A stretch of 64,000 nt of DNA from a virus: the IMG/VR virus record IMGVR_UViG_3300020411_000003; one strand, given 5' to 3'. Shown here piece by piece: positions 35,849 through 45,977 of this stretch; positions within the stretch are counted from its first letter, which is position 1, and each line of letters begins with the position of its first letter. Both the position numbers and the translations under genes were made by a program. Under the pieces are notes generated by a model. It was not told the DNA's origin. It did no database searches and was given only the letters and a program-made list of their open reading frames with translations.

Positions 35849-36463
35849 TTAATGATACTCAACAACTATGTTACCAGATAAAGTTGTTCCAGTATTTCCA
35901 GGTAACACTTCGTGTCCTAGAAATGATGGAAAAAGTATCATAGATCCTGGTTCTAAGTTAGGTCGGTAGTCCATCGGGAATACCTTTGAGTTATCTCCCA
36001 TGTGGTTCTGAACCAATGGCATAATAGGATTTATGAATGCAGTCTTGGATGTTACATCTTCATAGATGATAAAACTCCACTGCGAATTCGGATGGATATG
36101 ATATCCTTGATAGGATCGAGGATCATATTTGTTCCTCCACATACCCATGAACTCAATTGACTTAGGGGTATCTGGTAACGATTCTAGCAGAGGTTGGACT
36201 ACTTTCAACAAGTAGGTCCATGTACTGTCATAAACCTTAAGACCACTATTAAAAGTGGTGAGCACACCACTCTCCCAAGTAGGTGCAAACTCACCAACGC
36301 CAGTCTTTATTTTTTTGAGGTTGATCTTCTCCTCGAAGATAGGAATAGCAAAAATACTTTTCTGCACTTTAAGATCTACCACCCCATTGAATAGCAGGGA
36401 ATGCTTCAGACACACATGCCTTAGTAATCTTCCATCTCTTACCAAGTTTCTTATCCTTAGCAA
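35849..36463 (-). CDS. 2OG-Fe(II) oxygenase-like protein (start uncertain)
   Basis: QGYHIHP..WSFIIY..GSMILFPSFLGHEV..LSGNI. Confidence 0.8.
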   Translation of the reverse strand: MLRIRNLVRDGRLLRHVCLKHSLLFNGVVDLKVQKSIFAIPIFEEKINLKKIKTGVGEFAPTWESGVLTTFNSGLKVYDSTWTYLLKVVQPLLESLPDTPKSIEFMGMWRNKYDPRSYQGYHIHPNSQWSFIIYEDVTSKTAFINPIMPLVQNHMGDNSKVFPMDYRPNLEPGSMILFPSFLGHEVLPGNTGTTLSGNIVVEYH

Positions 36464-36800
36464 GGATTAAAACTTCTGCTTCACCTTGACTAAGACCTTC
36501 AAGCATTTGAATAAACATCTGCTCACGCTTAGCTTGTTTAACATTAGAACCACCCTTAAAGAAGTGATGAAGCAATCTTGCTTCCTTCTCTAGCATAGTG
36601 TGTTCAGTCCCTTCGGGTGCTGTATTAGGTGTGTAAGGTACATCACCTGGTGGTAACATACTTACCACAGATTCATCAAAATTAATAATGAATAAAGATC
36701 TCAGTGCTTGAGTGTTAAACTTATGCAGCAGTGCGATCTTTTCTTTTTTAGTTTTTGCGTTAGATACTTTCTGTAGTACCTCATGCATCAGAAGTTTCAT
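36369..36800 (-). CDS. Conserved T4-like hypothetical protein
   Basis: HEVLQKVS..LPPGDVPY..FFKGG..REQMFIQMLEGL. Confidence 0.75.
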   Translation of the reverse strand: MKLLMHEVLQKVSNAKTKKEKIALLHKFNTQALRSLFIINFDESVVSMLPPGDVPYTPNTAPEGTEHTMLEKEARLLHHFFKGGSNVKQAKREQMFIQMLEGLSQGEAEVLILAKDKKLGKRWKITKACVSEAFPAIQWGGRS

Positions 36801-37017
36801 CGTCTTTTTCATCCTCATTAATAAATTTTACTGATAACAATTCTTCATTGATCATCATACCATTATCATCATACATTTCAGGGTGGTAGGAGACCTCATC
36901 ACGAGACCACATATAATCGTGGACAAAATCTTTTGCTGTCCAACCTGCTACAATCCCCAAGCACAAAAATAAAAATGATGATGTTGCTGAGAAAAAAAGG
37001 ATCATTGAGTCCGTCAT
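36781..37017 (-). CDS. Small membrane protein
   Basis: N-terminal TM helix; HPEMYDDNG motif. Confidence 0.65.
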   Translation of the reverse strand: MTDSMILFFSATSSFLFLCLGIVAGWTAKDFVHDYMWSRDEVSYHPEMYDDNGMMINEELLSVKFINEDEKDDETSDA

Positions 37018-37194
37018 TGTACATCTCCTTACTATATTTTATTACTCTCCCATCGTAGTTCGATATTAAAATACCAGTTCCTACGAAAAATAGAGAACGC
37101 CTTCTTGAAACCTATACCTTTTGGTGGTATGGAGTTTTGTTTTTCCCTCCTAAGCATGAGTTCTATGCCTTTATTTATGGAGAGTTCAGGACTC

Positions 37195-37482
37195 TTATTT
37201 TGCTTTGGCACTTATCAATCCTTCCTTAAGTAAAACTTTAGCAGTCTCAACAAGACCACCAATCTCTTTACCATCAATGATAACGTACGGATATCCCACC
37301 GCTTTAGGATACTTTTCCAAGAAAGCATCTGATTCATCTTTCGTAACTTTAATCTCAGTGTAATCGAGACTAGCTCTTTCCATAAGAAGTTTCATCTGAT
37401 CACAATAGAAACATCCCTCAGTTGAATAGAATGTTATGTTCCTACCAAAGACGTTCTCTTCTGGTTCCAAATTTCCGTGCAT
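37195..37482 (-). CDS. nrdC: Glutaredoxin
   Basis: CFYC active site; YPYVIIDG..IGG. Confidence 0.88.
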   Translation of the reverse strand: MHGNLEPEENVFGRNITFYSTEGCFYCDQMKLLMERASLDYTEIKVTKDESDAFLEKYPKAVGYPYVIIDGKEIGGLVETAKVLLKEGLISAKAK

Positions 37483-37506
37483 AAAAAAAGTGGGTATTAA
37501 CCCACC
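37483..37506 (-). terminator. Rho-independent terminator
   Basis: GTGGGT-TAAT-ACCCAC followed by T7. Confidence 0.7.
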
Positions 37507-37527
37507 TATAATAACAGATACTTATTC

Positions 37528-38028
37528 CTATGTCAACCAACTAGGTTTCCGAGATGGATCACGTAGATAGTTTGATGCAACCCATGACTTACTAGCAATG
37601 TATTTTTTGTATGCAGTGATAGTATCTATGCTTGTATCATTCTTTAACTCATCAGGCATAGCACGTGTGAATGGAGTAGGACATTCAATGGATGGAAATA
37701 TAATGTCTGCATACTCTAGAGTAAACTGACATGCATGTGTCTTATTATACCTGTGTGTGTACTCAGCACACAAAGCAAGACCATGACTGATTAACCAACG
37801 AAAGTTTTCTTGTGCCCAGATAGTGCAAGGATGATTACGAAACGCACCCTTATCTGTGTTGTAAAAACCCCAGTCTTTCTTAGGTAACTCACCGTAACCA
37901 TGACCCCACTGAGCAGACCCCACAATAGCAAGCATCTGACATGTTTCTAATGGCATCTTAACCACATGCTTATCAGGAAGACACTGTGCTGATACTACAG
38001 GGTCAGGGTCGGTCACAAAAATGTTCAT
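37528..38028 (-). CDS. Pyrimidine dimer DNA glycosylase (DenV-like family)
   Basis: MNIF..DP..SAQ.L.DKHVVKM.LE..QML..NHPCTIW. Confidence 0.75.
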   Translation of the reverse strand: MNIFVTDPDPVVSAQCLPDKHVVKMPLETCQMLAIVGSAQWGHGYGELPKKDWGFYNTDKGAFRNHPCTIWAQENFRWLISHGLALCAEYTHRYNKTHACQFTLEYADIIFPSIECPTPFTRAMPDELKNDTSIDTITAYKKYIASKSWVASNYLRDPSRKPSWLT

Positions 38029-38055
38029 AAAAAAAGAGGGTCGCTAGACCCTCTT
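38029..38055 (-). terminator. psbA terminator
   Basis: AAGAGGGTC-TAGC-GACCCTCTT followed by a T-run. Confidence 0.82.
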
Positions 38056-38079
38056 ATTATATCATGCATTGATTGTGTG

Positions 38080-39162
38080 TCAACCAACAGTAGGAGCAGT
38101 AAGTGCAACCTCAGTAGTCTCAGCAGTTGCCAAGTCTAGAGGGAAGTTATGAGCATTACGCTCGTGCATAACTTCCATACCTAAGTTTGCTCTGTTAAGA
38201 ACATCACCCCAAGTAGGAATCACTTTACCATTTGTGTCAAGCACAGACTGGTTGAAGTTAAATCCATTGAGGTTGAATGCCATAGTACAGATACCCATAC
38301 TAGTCAACCATACACAGACCACAGGGAATGTAGCAAGGAAGAAGTGAAGACTTCTAGAGTTGTTGAAGGATGCATACTGGAAGATTAATCTACCGAAGTA
38401 TCCATGAGCAGCAACAATGTTATAGGTCTCTTCTTCTTGACCAAACTTGTAACCGTAGTTCTGAGATTCATTCTCGGTTGTCTCCCTGATCAGAGAAGAT
38501 GTAACGAGTGAACCATGCATAGCAGAGAACAAAGCACCACCAAACATACCTGCGACACCTGCCATGTGGAAGGGGTGCATAAGAATGTTGTGCTCTGCTT
38601 GGAATACGAACATGAAGTTGAACGTACCAGAAATACCGAGTGGCATTCCATCAGAGAAAGATCCCTGACCAAAAGGATACACTAAGAAGACTGCGAATGC
38701 AGCAGATACTGGTGCAGAATATGCAACACAGATCCATGGACGCATACCTAGACGGTAAGAAAGTTCCCACTGACGACCCATGTAGGCACTGATGCCGATG
38801 AGGAAGTGGAAGATCACCAACTGGTATGGACCACCGTTGTACAACCACTCATCTAGTGTGGCAGCTTCCCAAATAGGATAGAAGTGTAGTCCGATAGCGT
38901 TGCTAGATGGAACAACAGCACCAGAGATGATGTTGTTACCGAACATAAGTGAACCAGCAACGGGTTCACGGATGCCGTCGATATCGACGGGAGGAGCAGC
39001 AATGAATGCAACAATGAAACAAGTGGCTGCAGCAAGAAGGCAAGGGATCATAAGAACACCGAACCAACCAACATACAAGCGATTGTTAGTGGAAGTTACC
39101 CACTGACAAAACTCGTCCCAATTTTGCAAAGGACTGGTGCTCTTACGTTGAAGAACTGTCAT
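38080..39162 (-). CDS. psbA: Photosystem II D1 protein
   Basis: Full-length 360-aa D1 without an intron. Confidence 0.99.
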   Translation of the reverse strand: MTVLQRKSTSPLQNWDEFCQWVTSTNNRLYVGWFGVLMIPCLLAAATCFIVAFIAAPPVDIDGIREPVAGSLMFGNNIISGAVVPSSNAIGLHFYPIWEAATLDEWLYNGGPYQLVIFHFLIGISAYMGRQWELSYRLGMRPWICVAYSAPVSAAFAVFLVYPFGQGSFSDGMPLGISGTFNFMFVFQAEHNILMHPFHMAGVAGMFGGALFSAMHGSLVTSSLIRETTENESQNYGYKFGQEEETYNIVAAHGYFGRLIFQYASFNNSRSLHFFLATFPVVCVWLTSMGICTMAFNLNGFNFNQSVLDTNGKVIPTWGDVLNRANLGMEVMHERNAHNFPLDLATAETTEVALTAPTVG

Positions 39163-39169
39163 TTGTTTA

Positions 39170-39258
39170 ATAGAACGTTATGTGTAGGGTAAGATTAGGA
39201 CTGATATCTCCGTTTAGTCCTGGTCAGGAGTAAGATGATGAGCATATGCTCACCGATT
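39170..39258 (-). ncRNA. psbA leader RNA, probably the PhotoRC-II motif
   Basis: GAGCA-TA-TGCTC hairpin, then ATCTTACTCCTGACCAGGACTAAACGGAGATATCAGTCC with GGACT/AGTCC and CTCC/GGAG pairings. The name is from recollection. Confidence 0.65.
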
Positions 39259-39293
39259 TATTTATAGTACACCTTCATCTAACAACCTGTCAA
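39259..39293 (-). promoter_or_regulatory. psbA dual promoter: TTGACA-N18-TACTAT and late TATAAATA
   Basis: Both elements are visible upstream of the leader. Confidence 0.7.
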
Positions 39294-40003
39294 GGGGTAT
39301 TACGAAATCTTTTAGATACTATAAGTTCTCCTAATATGTCTTGAATATAACTCCATAGAAGTTTCAAGAACGACTGGGATGCCTTGCCTTGTATCTCGTC
39401 GAACATATACATGTTCAATCTGAACGCATAGTTTGCTTCAGTAATCAAAGCATTGATCTGATGCTCGTCACAACCTAGATTGTCTAGTACCATCCTGTAG
39501 TTGGTCTTAAACTCTTTAGCATTAGGAATGCTAGGAAAGTCATAGAAGTTTAGTCCTTCTCCCTCTGGAGGTGTAAGGACACGTTTAGTAATCTCTTTAA
39601 GGATCTGCCCACCAGATAGGTCACCGATGTACCTTGTATAATGGTGTGCTATTAATAGGTATGGATCTTCTTCTGCAACTTTTTTAATCCTATTTACATA
39701 GGTGTCACATGCTTGACTGGATTGGATAGTTTTTTCCCAGTTGTATCCATAATAATATTCTAGATCCTTTGCCAATGATTCTTTACGCTCAAGAGATTCA
39801 GATCTAATTTGCTGAACCATTGGATCTTCTGTAGAAGATATAGCTTCTTCCATAGCAGAGTACACATAATAAAAGTTCGCAAGTAGTTTGCGATACTCTT
39901 CTGGGTTTAGAACTCCACGAAGAAATGCAGCAACGAACTTAGTGTTCTCTGCTGCGGAGTGAGACTCTTTGGTCCCCTCCTTCAACTCTAATGATAATGT
40001 CAT
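39290..40003 (-). CDS. ho1: Heme oxygenase
   Basis: LKEGTKESHSAAENT..AHHYTRYIGDLSGGQIL. Confidence 0.95.
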   Translation of the reverse strand: MTLSLELKEGTKESHSAAENTKFVAAFLRGVLNPEEYRKLLANFYYVYSAMEEAISSTEDPMVQQIRSESLERKESLAKDLEYYYGYNWEKTIQSSQACDTYVNRIKKVAEEDPYLLIAHHYTRYIGDLSGGQILKEITKRVLTPPEGEGLNFYDFPSIPNAKEFKTNYRMVLDNLGCDEHQINALITEANYAFRLNMYMFDEIQGKASQSFLKLLWSYIQDILGELIVSKRFRNTP

Positions 40004-40215
40004 GCTTTAAAGTATTTGTTTATAACATCAATTTGTTCTTCTGCTTTGCAGATCTTATCTATCTCTCCAAGCATAGCATCAAGAACATCAGGATGTTCTC
40101 CGATACCAACAGGACTTTCAAGATAAATTTCTACATTCATCTTTGCTTTTTCTAAGTTACCCTGAGCATTCATGAGTAACGCTGTAAGCATTTGTTCTCT
40201 CATTCTTACCGCCAT
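40000..40215 (-). CDS. Small conserved hypothetical protein
   Basis: VEIYLESPVGIGEHPDV motif. Confidence 0.7.
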   Translation of the reverse strand: MAVRMREQMLTALLMNAQGNLEKAKMNVEIYLESPVGIGEHPDVLDAMLGEIDKICKAEEQIDVINKYFKA

Positions 40216-40509
40216 TTAGTATAAGTTCTCCTCTTGACCTAGTTCTATTGTAACGTCGCTTGAAGGTTTTGCAACACATGTTAACACATATCCTGCTTCA
40301 AGCTGTTCATCATCCAAGAAGGACTGATCCTCTTGGTCTACTGTACCCTCAACAATTTTACCTGCACAAGTTGAACAAGCACCAGCACGACAAGAATAAG
40401 GTGCGTCAACACCCTCTTCTTCTGCACGATCTAGAATCAACTCGTCATCTTCACACTCAAAGGAAGTGGTTTCCCCATCGTGGATAAGCGTCACTGTATA
40501 AGAAGCCAT
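40216..40509 (-). CDS. petF: 2Fe-2S ferredoxin
   Basis: [12 protein letters not shown]...VLTC; start refined. Confidence 0.96.
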   Translation of the reverse strand: MASYTVTLIHDGETTSFECEDDELILDRAEEEGVDAPYSCRAGACSTCAGKIVEGTVDQEDQSFLDDEQLEAGYVLTCVAKPSSDVTIELGQEENLY

Positions 40510-40587
40510 AAAAAATCTCAACATTTGATACTATTATATAGCACATTTGTTGAGAAAAATCAACCCCTTATTGAGAATGAAACTCAG

Positions 40588-40701
40588 TTACACCAGTCCA
40601 AGTGAACCTGCGGTGATACCTACACCCACAAAAAAACCAAACTCTAGGAGATCCCTAGAGCCTGGTGGAATTGAATTTAAAAAGACTGCTAATGAAAGCA
40701 T
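40588..40701 (-). CDS. Small membrane peptide (37 aa)
   Basis: Read by hand: MLSLAVFLNSIPPGSRDLLEFGFFVGVGITAGSLGLV. Confidence 0.5.
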   Translation of the reverse strand: MLSLAVFLNSIPPGSRDLLEFGFFVGVGITAGSLGLV

Positions 40702-40703
40702 TT

Positions 40704-41027
40704 TTATTTGACGTGAATAACTCCTTTCATACCTGCACCTGCATGTGGATCACACTGAAAATTATAATCTCCTGGATCAGGAAATGTAATTTCAAATGAT
40801 TCTCCAGGAGAGAATGCTAGGTCTCCATGTGAGAGTTCTTCGTGACCTTCAACCATCACATTGTGTGGAGGAAGTTCACCATTCACAAATTTAATAGTGT
40901 CACCAGCATCGATGGTGACTTCATTAGGTTCGAAGATTAGATTACCTCCAGAACCCATAGTAATATCAACAGCCCATGCTGGTAATGCAAAGAAGAGTGT
41001 AGCGAGAAGAGTAAAAATATATTTCAT
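40704..41027 (-). CDS. petE: Plastocyanin
   Basis: Signal peptide; PHNV..CDPHAGAGM copper ligands. Confidence 0.96.
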   Translation of the reverse strand: MKYIFTLLATLFFALPAWAVDITMGSGGNLIFEPNEVTIDAGDTIKFVNGELPPHNVMVEGHEELSHGDLAFSPGESFEITFPDPGDYNFQCDPHAGAGMKGVIHVK

Positions 41028-41170
41028 AGATATGCAAAATTATATAAGTTGAACAAGGACAGGAACATAATGCTCCAGATAAAAGCACGTATAGCCCAGT
41101 ATTGAAACACGATAGTGTAGCGAACTACACATGTAATTATATATCCGACTAGGTAGATGTGCTTAGTTTG

Positions 41171-41452
41171 TTATCCTTCCCAGATCATGTCAGGCATTGC
41201 TGAAGGATCAGGTCTCATCACGAATAGTAGTATTGCATATCCTATAAACCAGATGATGTTAAACAACCATGCTTGTCTATAGAGATACTTTCTTACACCC
41301 ATTGAAAGCATTACGTTACGTACTGCTTTAGGATCATCTTCGTTACCAGTTGATCTAAAAATTTGTTCGATGATGACTGCAATGATTGTACCTATCACAA
41401 GAGGATAGAAAACAAAGTTAGCAAAGGACATCACCGCAATCAAAAATGTCAT
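41171..41452 (-). CDS. Small membrane protein
   Basis: Two hydrophobic helices. Confidence 0.6.
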   Translation of the reverse strand: MTFLIAVMSFANFVFYPLVIGTIIAVIIEQIFRSTGNEDDPKAVRNVMLSMGVRKYLYRQAWLFNIIWFIGYAILLFVMRPDPSAMPDMIWEG

Positions 41453-41580
41453 TAGAATGAGTATGCGAATGAGGTGACGTTACTTAAAGCAACAACACCA
41501 AGAACTGCTATAAAAATTGATTGGTACATGACTGAGTAGAAATACTTAACACATAGTATATAGGTATTTCTACCACAGTG

Positions 41581-41766
41581 TCAAGCACCAGAGGGTACAG
41601 GGACGGTTTGCATCTGCTGTACCCTGATACCTTTTCCACCATCTTGGTCATCGTCATCGTCATCGAAACCACGTAAGAGTAGTTCGAGGACAACTAGAAC
41701 TGTCATTGGATAGAAGCACCATAGTATAGCCTTCCATGCAGGAAACGATTCTGCTGCGAGTTCCAT
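41581..41766 (-). CDS. Small membrane protein with acidic tail
   Basis: TM helix followed by DDDDDDQDGGKG. Confidence 0.65.
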   Translation of the reverse strand: MELAAESFPAWKAILWCFYPMTVLVVLELLLRGFDDDDDDQDGGKGIRVQQMQTVPVPSGA

Positions 41767-41812
41767 GAGTAGGTGAAAAAAGTTACGAGTAATTATTTAG
41801 TTTTGTTAACAA

Positions 41813-41926
41813 CTAGACTATTCCGTAAGGAGTTCCAGTGAATGAATAGACAGCGATGATTGCCCAGAAACCAATCATTGCAGCACGTCCTTGTGCTCTC
41901 TGCCAGATTTTAAAGTTATCATTCAT
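41813..41926 (-). CDS. hli: High-light-inducible protein (divergent motif)
   Basis: Read by hand: MNDNFKIWQRAQGRAAMIGFWAIIAVYSFTGTPYGIV. Confidence 0.75.
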   Translation of the reverse strand: MNDNFKIWQRAQGRAAMIGFWAIIAVYSFTGTPYGIV

Positions 41927-42033
41927 TAGAATATACCAGGAATGATGTTGCCTGTAACTGCATAGGAACCAAGAGCAGCAATAATGCCGATCATTGCCCA
42001 GCGTCCGTTTTGTAATTCTGCGTTTTCGTTCAT
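41926..42033 (-). CDS. hli: High-light-inducible protein
   Basis: Read by hand: MNENAELQNGRWAMIGIIAALGSYAVTGNIIPGIF. Confidence 0.92.
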   Translation of the reverse strand: MNENAELQNGRWAMIGIIAALGSYAVTGNIIPGIF

Positions 42034-42086
42034 TGTCTTAGATTAGATAGGGTTAGAATTGAGCGATAGAAAGAGACCTTATGATC

Positions 42087-42290
42087 TCAAAATATGCCAG
42101 GGATAACTGCACCAAAGATGATGTAGTTGTGTACTAGTGCAAAGAATCCAATCATCGCTAGGCGACCATTAGTTTGCTCTGCTGTTGTCCAGTGATTGTA
42201 ATCTTCCATTACCTCTATAGGAGGCTCGGAAGCAAAGATGTTTTGCTTACCGTATTCGGTAGTTACAAATCGCTTTGTTGATGAGGTCAT
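42087..42290 (-). CDS. hli: High-light-inducible protein
   Basis: AEQTNGRLAMIG..IPGIF; start refined. Confidence 0.92.
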   Translation of the reverse strand: MTSSTKRFVTTEYGKQNIFASEPPIEVMEDYNHWTTAEQTNGRLAMIGFFALVHNYIIFGAVIPGIF

Positions 42291-42315
42291 TTCGTTTGTT
42301 AAGAAACGTAACATA

Positions 42316-42345
42316 ATTATATAGTAAACCTTTAAGTTTTGTCAA
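42316..42345 (-). promoter_or_regulatory. sigma70-type promoter for the hli cluster
   Basis: TTGACA-N18-TATAAT. Confidence 0.75.
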
Positions 42346-42444
42346 GCACTTTAAGTCTGGTTATCCCAACCTCTATAAAAGATGCTCATAGGGTACATAA
42401 GAAACGTTTATCTAAACGGTATCAAAGAGAACAATTCCATTGTG

Positions 42445-42452
42445 TATAAATA
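42445..42452 (+). promoter_or_regulatory. Late promoter TATAAATA
   Basis: Exact consensus upstream of the plus-strand exported-protein genes. Confidence 0.75.
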
Positions 42453-42475
42453 CTTGCGGAGATATTGTGAGTAAT

Positions 42476-42973
42476 ATGAAAAAAATTATTCCTTTAATCA
42501 TGATTGCTAGTGTAGGTACTCTAGCAACACCAGTGAAAGCAGATTTAACATCAAGATTTACTTCCAGTGTTCAACTACAAGTTAATGCGGCTGCAACACA
42601 GATGCAGAGAGTAGGAAATTCCTACAGCATATCTGGTACTAACGTTGACACAACGGATGGAACCACAGCTAACACAGTGAGTGCTGGTACTATAGCAAAT
42701 GGTATCTATGGTCCAGGAACTATATCTGTAACCCAAGACGATCCAGGTGAGGCGTTCAGCTTCTCAACTGCGTTCACTCAAGGTGATGCTCTAGTAACAT
42801 CTGCTCCTTCAGTAGGTGCTGTTAGTGCATTAAGTAACCAATTGTCTACTGCTTCTGGAACCGCAGGAGACTTGGCTGGAACTGTAAATTCACAAGGTGC
42901 TTTGACCGTAACAGCTGGTGGGGCAGGTACTGTGGCCACTGGACAGTTCGTTACAGAATTACAAATAGACTAA
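42476..42973 (+). CDS. Exported beta-rich hypothetical protein
   Basis: Signal peptide MKKIIP..PVKA; Thr/Ser/Gly-rich. Confidence 0.75.
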   Translation: MKKIIPLIMIASVGTLATPVKADLTSRFTSSVQLQVNAAATQMQRVGNSYSISGTNVDTTDGTTANTVSAGTIANGIYGPGTISVTQDDPGEAFSFSTAFTQGDALVTSAPSVGAVSALSNQLSTASGTAGDLAGTVNSQGALTVTAGGAGTVATGQFVTELQID

Positions 42974-42978
42974 GAAAA

Positions 42979-43446
42979 ATGAGACAAGTTGTAGTACTAC
43001 TACTGCTTAGTTTCGGGGGTGCTGCTGCAAACGCAGTGCCCGTGGTCCCCAATTTTCAGCAAGGCTCTATGACGAGCCACACAGAGACTGAAAGTACAGT
43101 GACCGAGACAATAAACTCGATTGATTATAGGACAGGATGGGAATATTCAGTGACAGGGGTAGGGGTTTCAAACAATGGAGAAAAACTCAATCCCAATGTG
43201 AACACATCAACAGTAACAATATCTCCAAGCGTGGGAACAGGAGACGGAGCGATCACAGGAAACGTGACTTCTTCTCACGATGCATTGGACTTCTCCAGCC
43301 AAAGCAACTTCACAATAACTACTCCAGGAGCAGCGTTTCAATTTACCCAGAGTTATCAAGGACCAGGGATCACGAACCAAACTCTCATACAGAGAGTCAC
43401 CGAAATCCAGTCGGTCACAGACACAACAAGCGTGTTTACGCAGTAA
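42979..43446 (+). CDS. Exported beta-rich hypothetical protein
   Basis: Signal peptide ending AANA; Thr-rich. Confidence 0.75.
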   Translation: MRQVVVLLLLSFGGAAANAVPVVPNFQQGSMTSHTETESTVTETINSIDYRTGWEYSVTGVGVSNNGEKLNPNVNTSTVTISPSVGTGDGAITGNVTSSHDALDFSSQSNFTITTPGAAFQFTQSYQGPGITNQTLIQRVTEIQSVTDTTSVFTQ

Positions 43447-44471
43447 TTGCGACTGTTCTAGGGTTTAATAGTTTTATACTTCCTGTGAGAGTTAACGCAG
43501 AGGTTGGTGGTGTATCTGCTACTGCCAATCCAATCGCCAACTCGTCGGGCTCAGTGACCAACCAGGCAATTCAGGTTTTACAAGGTCCATATGTAACTAA
43601 CACCTATGGTGGTGGAGTGTCGTGTCAAGGTACGACTCTCAACATGACACCGTACATTCAGTTTGCTGATTCAAGAAAGGATCCTTGGGAAGATTTTTAT
43701 AATGAACCACAATATAATACCACTGATGCCACAGGTAAGATGGTTCCGACATATGTTACTGTCAAGAACTATCCTTGGGAAGAATGGTATGATGATAGAA
43801 CTAAAGATGATGGCACTAGATGGTTTGAAGATGGTGCAGACATCACAATCATTCAAGATGTAGACAGTCCTAATGGTGTACCAGATGTAGTTGATGCTGG
43901 TGGTAAGATGACACCATCATGGTACAAACCTATACGTACAGACATGAGAGCAAACCAGTCCTTTAACCTAGGACTCTCTGCTACTCTGTCCATACCATTG
44001 AATAGAGGTATGCAACGTAAGTGTTCTGAAGCTGCGAACGCACAGATAGCAGCAGTTACACAAGCAACTGCTAATAAAAGATTAGATTTTGAGATAGCTC
44101 GTCTCAAAAATTGTGGTGAACTCCTCAAGGCTGGTATTATGTTCCATCCTAAGTCACCTTATGCATCTATATGTGCTGACGTTGTGGTAACAAATCCAGG
44201 TGGTACTATCAAACCACACACTCATGACTTCCCACAACCAGAGTTCAAGAATCCTTCTACTTCTTCTTCAAAGGAAGGAGACCTCTCTTCTCTCGGTAAC
44301 GATCCGCAAGCATTTCGGATCGGGTCGGACGGCGGGGGTTCTTCCCAAGTATCTTCTGAACTTTCGCAATCGCCTTCTTCACAACAGGCTTCACAACTTT
44401 CAGGAGCAGATCTGCTAGGGGTTTGGCAAGTAGGGCACTCGCTGTCGCCACAGTCGCAATCGTCGCAGTAG
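43137..44471 (+). CDS. Exported hypothetical protein (true start probably near 43430-43450)
   Basis: Signal-like VIATVLG..VNA, beta-rich region, then a Cys-containing helical part. Confidence 0.7.
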   Translation: MGIFSDRGRGFKQWRKTQSQCEHINSNNISKRGNRRRSDHRKRDFFSRCIGLLQPKQLHNNYSRSSVSIYPELSRTRDHEPNSHTESHRNPVGHRHNKRVYAVIATVLGFNSFILPVRVNAEVGGVSATANPIANSSGSVTNQAIQVLQGPYVTNTYGGGVSCQGTTLNMTPYIQFADSRKDPWEDFYNEPQYNTTDATGKMVPTYVTVKNYPWEEWYDDRTKDDGTRWFEDGADITIIQDVDSPNGVPDVVDAGGKMTPSWYKPIRTDMRANQSFNLGLSATLSIPLNRGMQRKCSEAANAQIAAVTQATANKRLDFEIARLKNCGELLKAGIMFHPKSPYASICADVVVTNPGGTIKPHTHDFPQPEFKNPSTSSSKEGDLSSLGNDPQAFRIGSDGGGSSQVSSELSQSPSSQQASQLSGADLLGVWQVGHSLSPQSQSSQ

Positions 44472-45153
44472 TACTGACTGTAGCAACAGATGGTAGATAT
44501 TGCTCTATTACTGGAACAGGTTCCCATATGGTTTCACATATCTTACCATCAACTGTCAGTTTATATTCTTTAATCTTCTCTGTACCTGCCTGATTCAGGT
44601 CTCCAATACGTCTTGCATTCTTAGGAGGACATTCTACCTCACTAGCAGTCTCAGGTGGTATCTCAGGGGGTTGTGGTGTATCAAACTCAGGTGCAGGTGG
44701 GTCTCCAGTCTCAACACCTTCATCAACCTCATCCTGTGGTTGGTAAACTGTCTGCCAAGATAATTCTCTGTAATCATAATCAGGTGGTTGGTAGTAAGGC
44801 ATACCAGCATCACACAAAGTAGTCTGACCTTTAGGGTCATCGTTAACTAGATTCTTATTTCTAGATGGATCTCTCTTAGCGTTCTCTTTGTGTACTGTTA
44901 CACAACCAGGCATATAAACAACAGGTGTACCAGCATTAACTGTTACAGGTACTGTTGTAGGTATTGCTTTAGGTGGTTCAATAACCCAAGCACGTACCTC
45001 ATCTATATTAACATTCCTTATGTCTGCAACCCTAGCACCATTAATACCTACGTTATTGATACTACTACCCTGAATCAATGGTATCCCTGTACCATCGACC
45101 TGAATTTGTTGAATGCCTTGATTACTATTAGTTGGAATGAATGGGATGCTCAT
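44257..45153 (-). CDS. Hypothetical protein with C-terminal membrane anchor
   Basis: Pro-rich, with paired Cys, a hydrophobic helix and a basic tail. Confidence 0.7.
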   Translation of the reverse strand: MSIPFIPTNSNQGIQQIQVDGTGIPLIQGSSINNVGINGARVADIRNVNIDEVRAWVIEPPKAIPTTVPVTVNAGTPVVYMPGCVTVHKENAKRDPSRNKNLVNDDPKGQTTLCDAGMPYYQPPDYDYRELSWQTVYQPQDEVDEGVETGDPPAPEFDTPQPPEIPPETASEVECPPKNARRIGDLNQAGTEKIKEYKLTVDGKICETIWEPVPVIEQYLPSVATVSTTATIATVATASALLAKPLADLLLKVVKPVVKKAIAKVQKILGKNPRRPTRSEMLADRYREKRGLLPLKKK

Positions 45154-45395
45154 TTTTCAGCAGCATATAAAGCAAAGGTAGATGTAGTAATAACTGTCAT
45201 CATATTTGCTATGTGTTGTTTGGTTTCTGTATCACATGTTTTGCCAGGCATGAGACAACCATGTATAGTTGCAGCAACAATAAGTAATTGAGTAACAACT
45301 ACAACTTGAATTAAATTAATGATCCTACCTTTGAGACATGGAGTACCATCTCTATTCAAAGGAGGATCATTTTTATTGCCTTGCTTGCGGAACAT
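45150..45395 (-). CDS. Small two-TM membrane protein
   Basis: Two hydrophobic helices. Confidence 0.6.
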   Translation of the reverse strand: MFRKQGNKNDPPLNRDGTPCLKGRIINLIQVVVVTQLLIVAATIHGCLMPGKTCDTETKQHIANMMTVITTSTFALYAAEK

Positions 45396-45642
45396 TTTGC
45401 CTGTAATTTAAAGGAGGTGCATCTGCTTTACCAGTAACACCACCAGTCTTAGGTGGGAATGCATCTTTAAGTTGTAAGTACAACTCTTCTGCAACCACCT
45501 GTCTGATTTGTTCTATCTGTGCTTCCTGTCGCTTCTGTGGACCACCAGTTTGTTGGTCGATGACATGATTGCCACCGACAAACGCACCAGTCCCTATAAC
45601 TGTCACTGCTGTGCCAGTTGTAGCGATCTTCTGGAGATCCAT
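45373..45642 (-). CDS. Small membrane-anchored protein
   Basis: N-terminal hydrophobic segment. Confidence 0.6.
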   Translation of the reverse strand: MDLQKIATTGTAVTVIGTGAFVGGNHVIDQQTGGPQKRQEAQIEQIRQVVAEELYLQLKDAFPPKTGGVTGKADAPPLNYRQNVPQARQ

Positions 45643-45965
45643 TACAAAGGATTGCTAGGAATAGGAAGCATAGGACCTGAAGGTGCTGATGCTTGATCTG
45701 GAGCTGGAGAAGGTGAAAGGTCAGGAGCACCTAAGTTTCCAAAGTCAGGATCCTTTGGTACTGCCTTACCACCGAATCCACCGCCACCTATAGATCCTAA
45801 GCTGCCACCTAAGACTGCTTCGACTGCTTCTTCTTTAATGTCATCAATGATTGCATCTTTATTTACAAAGACGTATGTACCAACTCCGATAATACCTGCG
45901 AGTGTTACACCAGATGCGATGCTAATTGCATTAGCAATGTCATTAAAATTAAATTTGAATTTCAT
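45642..45965 (-). CDS. Small membrane-anchored protein
   Basis: N-terminal TM helix; Gly/Pro-rich tail. Confidence 0.65.
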   Translation of the reverse strand: MKFKFNFNDIANAISIASGVTLAGIIGVGTYVFVNKDAIIDDIKEEAVEAVLGGSLGSIGGGGFGGKAVPKDPDFGNLGAPDLSPSPAPDQASAPSGPMLPIPSNPL

Positions 45966-45977
45966 AATGTTTCTCCA

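Noticed and set aside
38080-39162. Group I intron or homing endonuclease in psbA
   Set aside because: The ORF is continuous and of normal D1 length.
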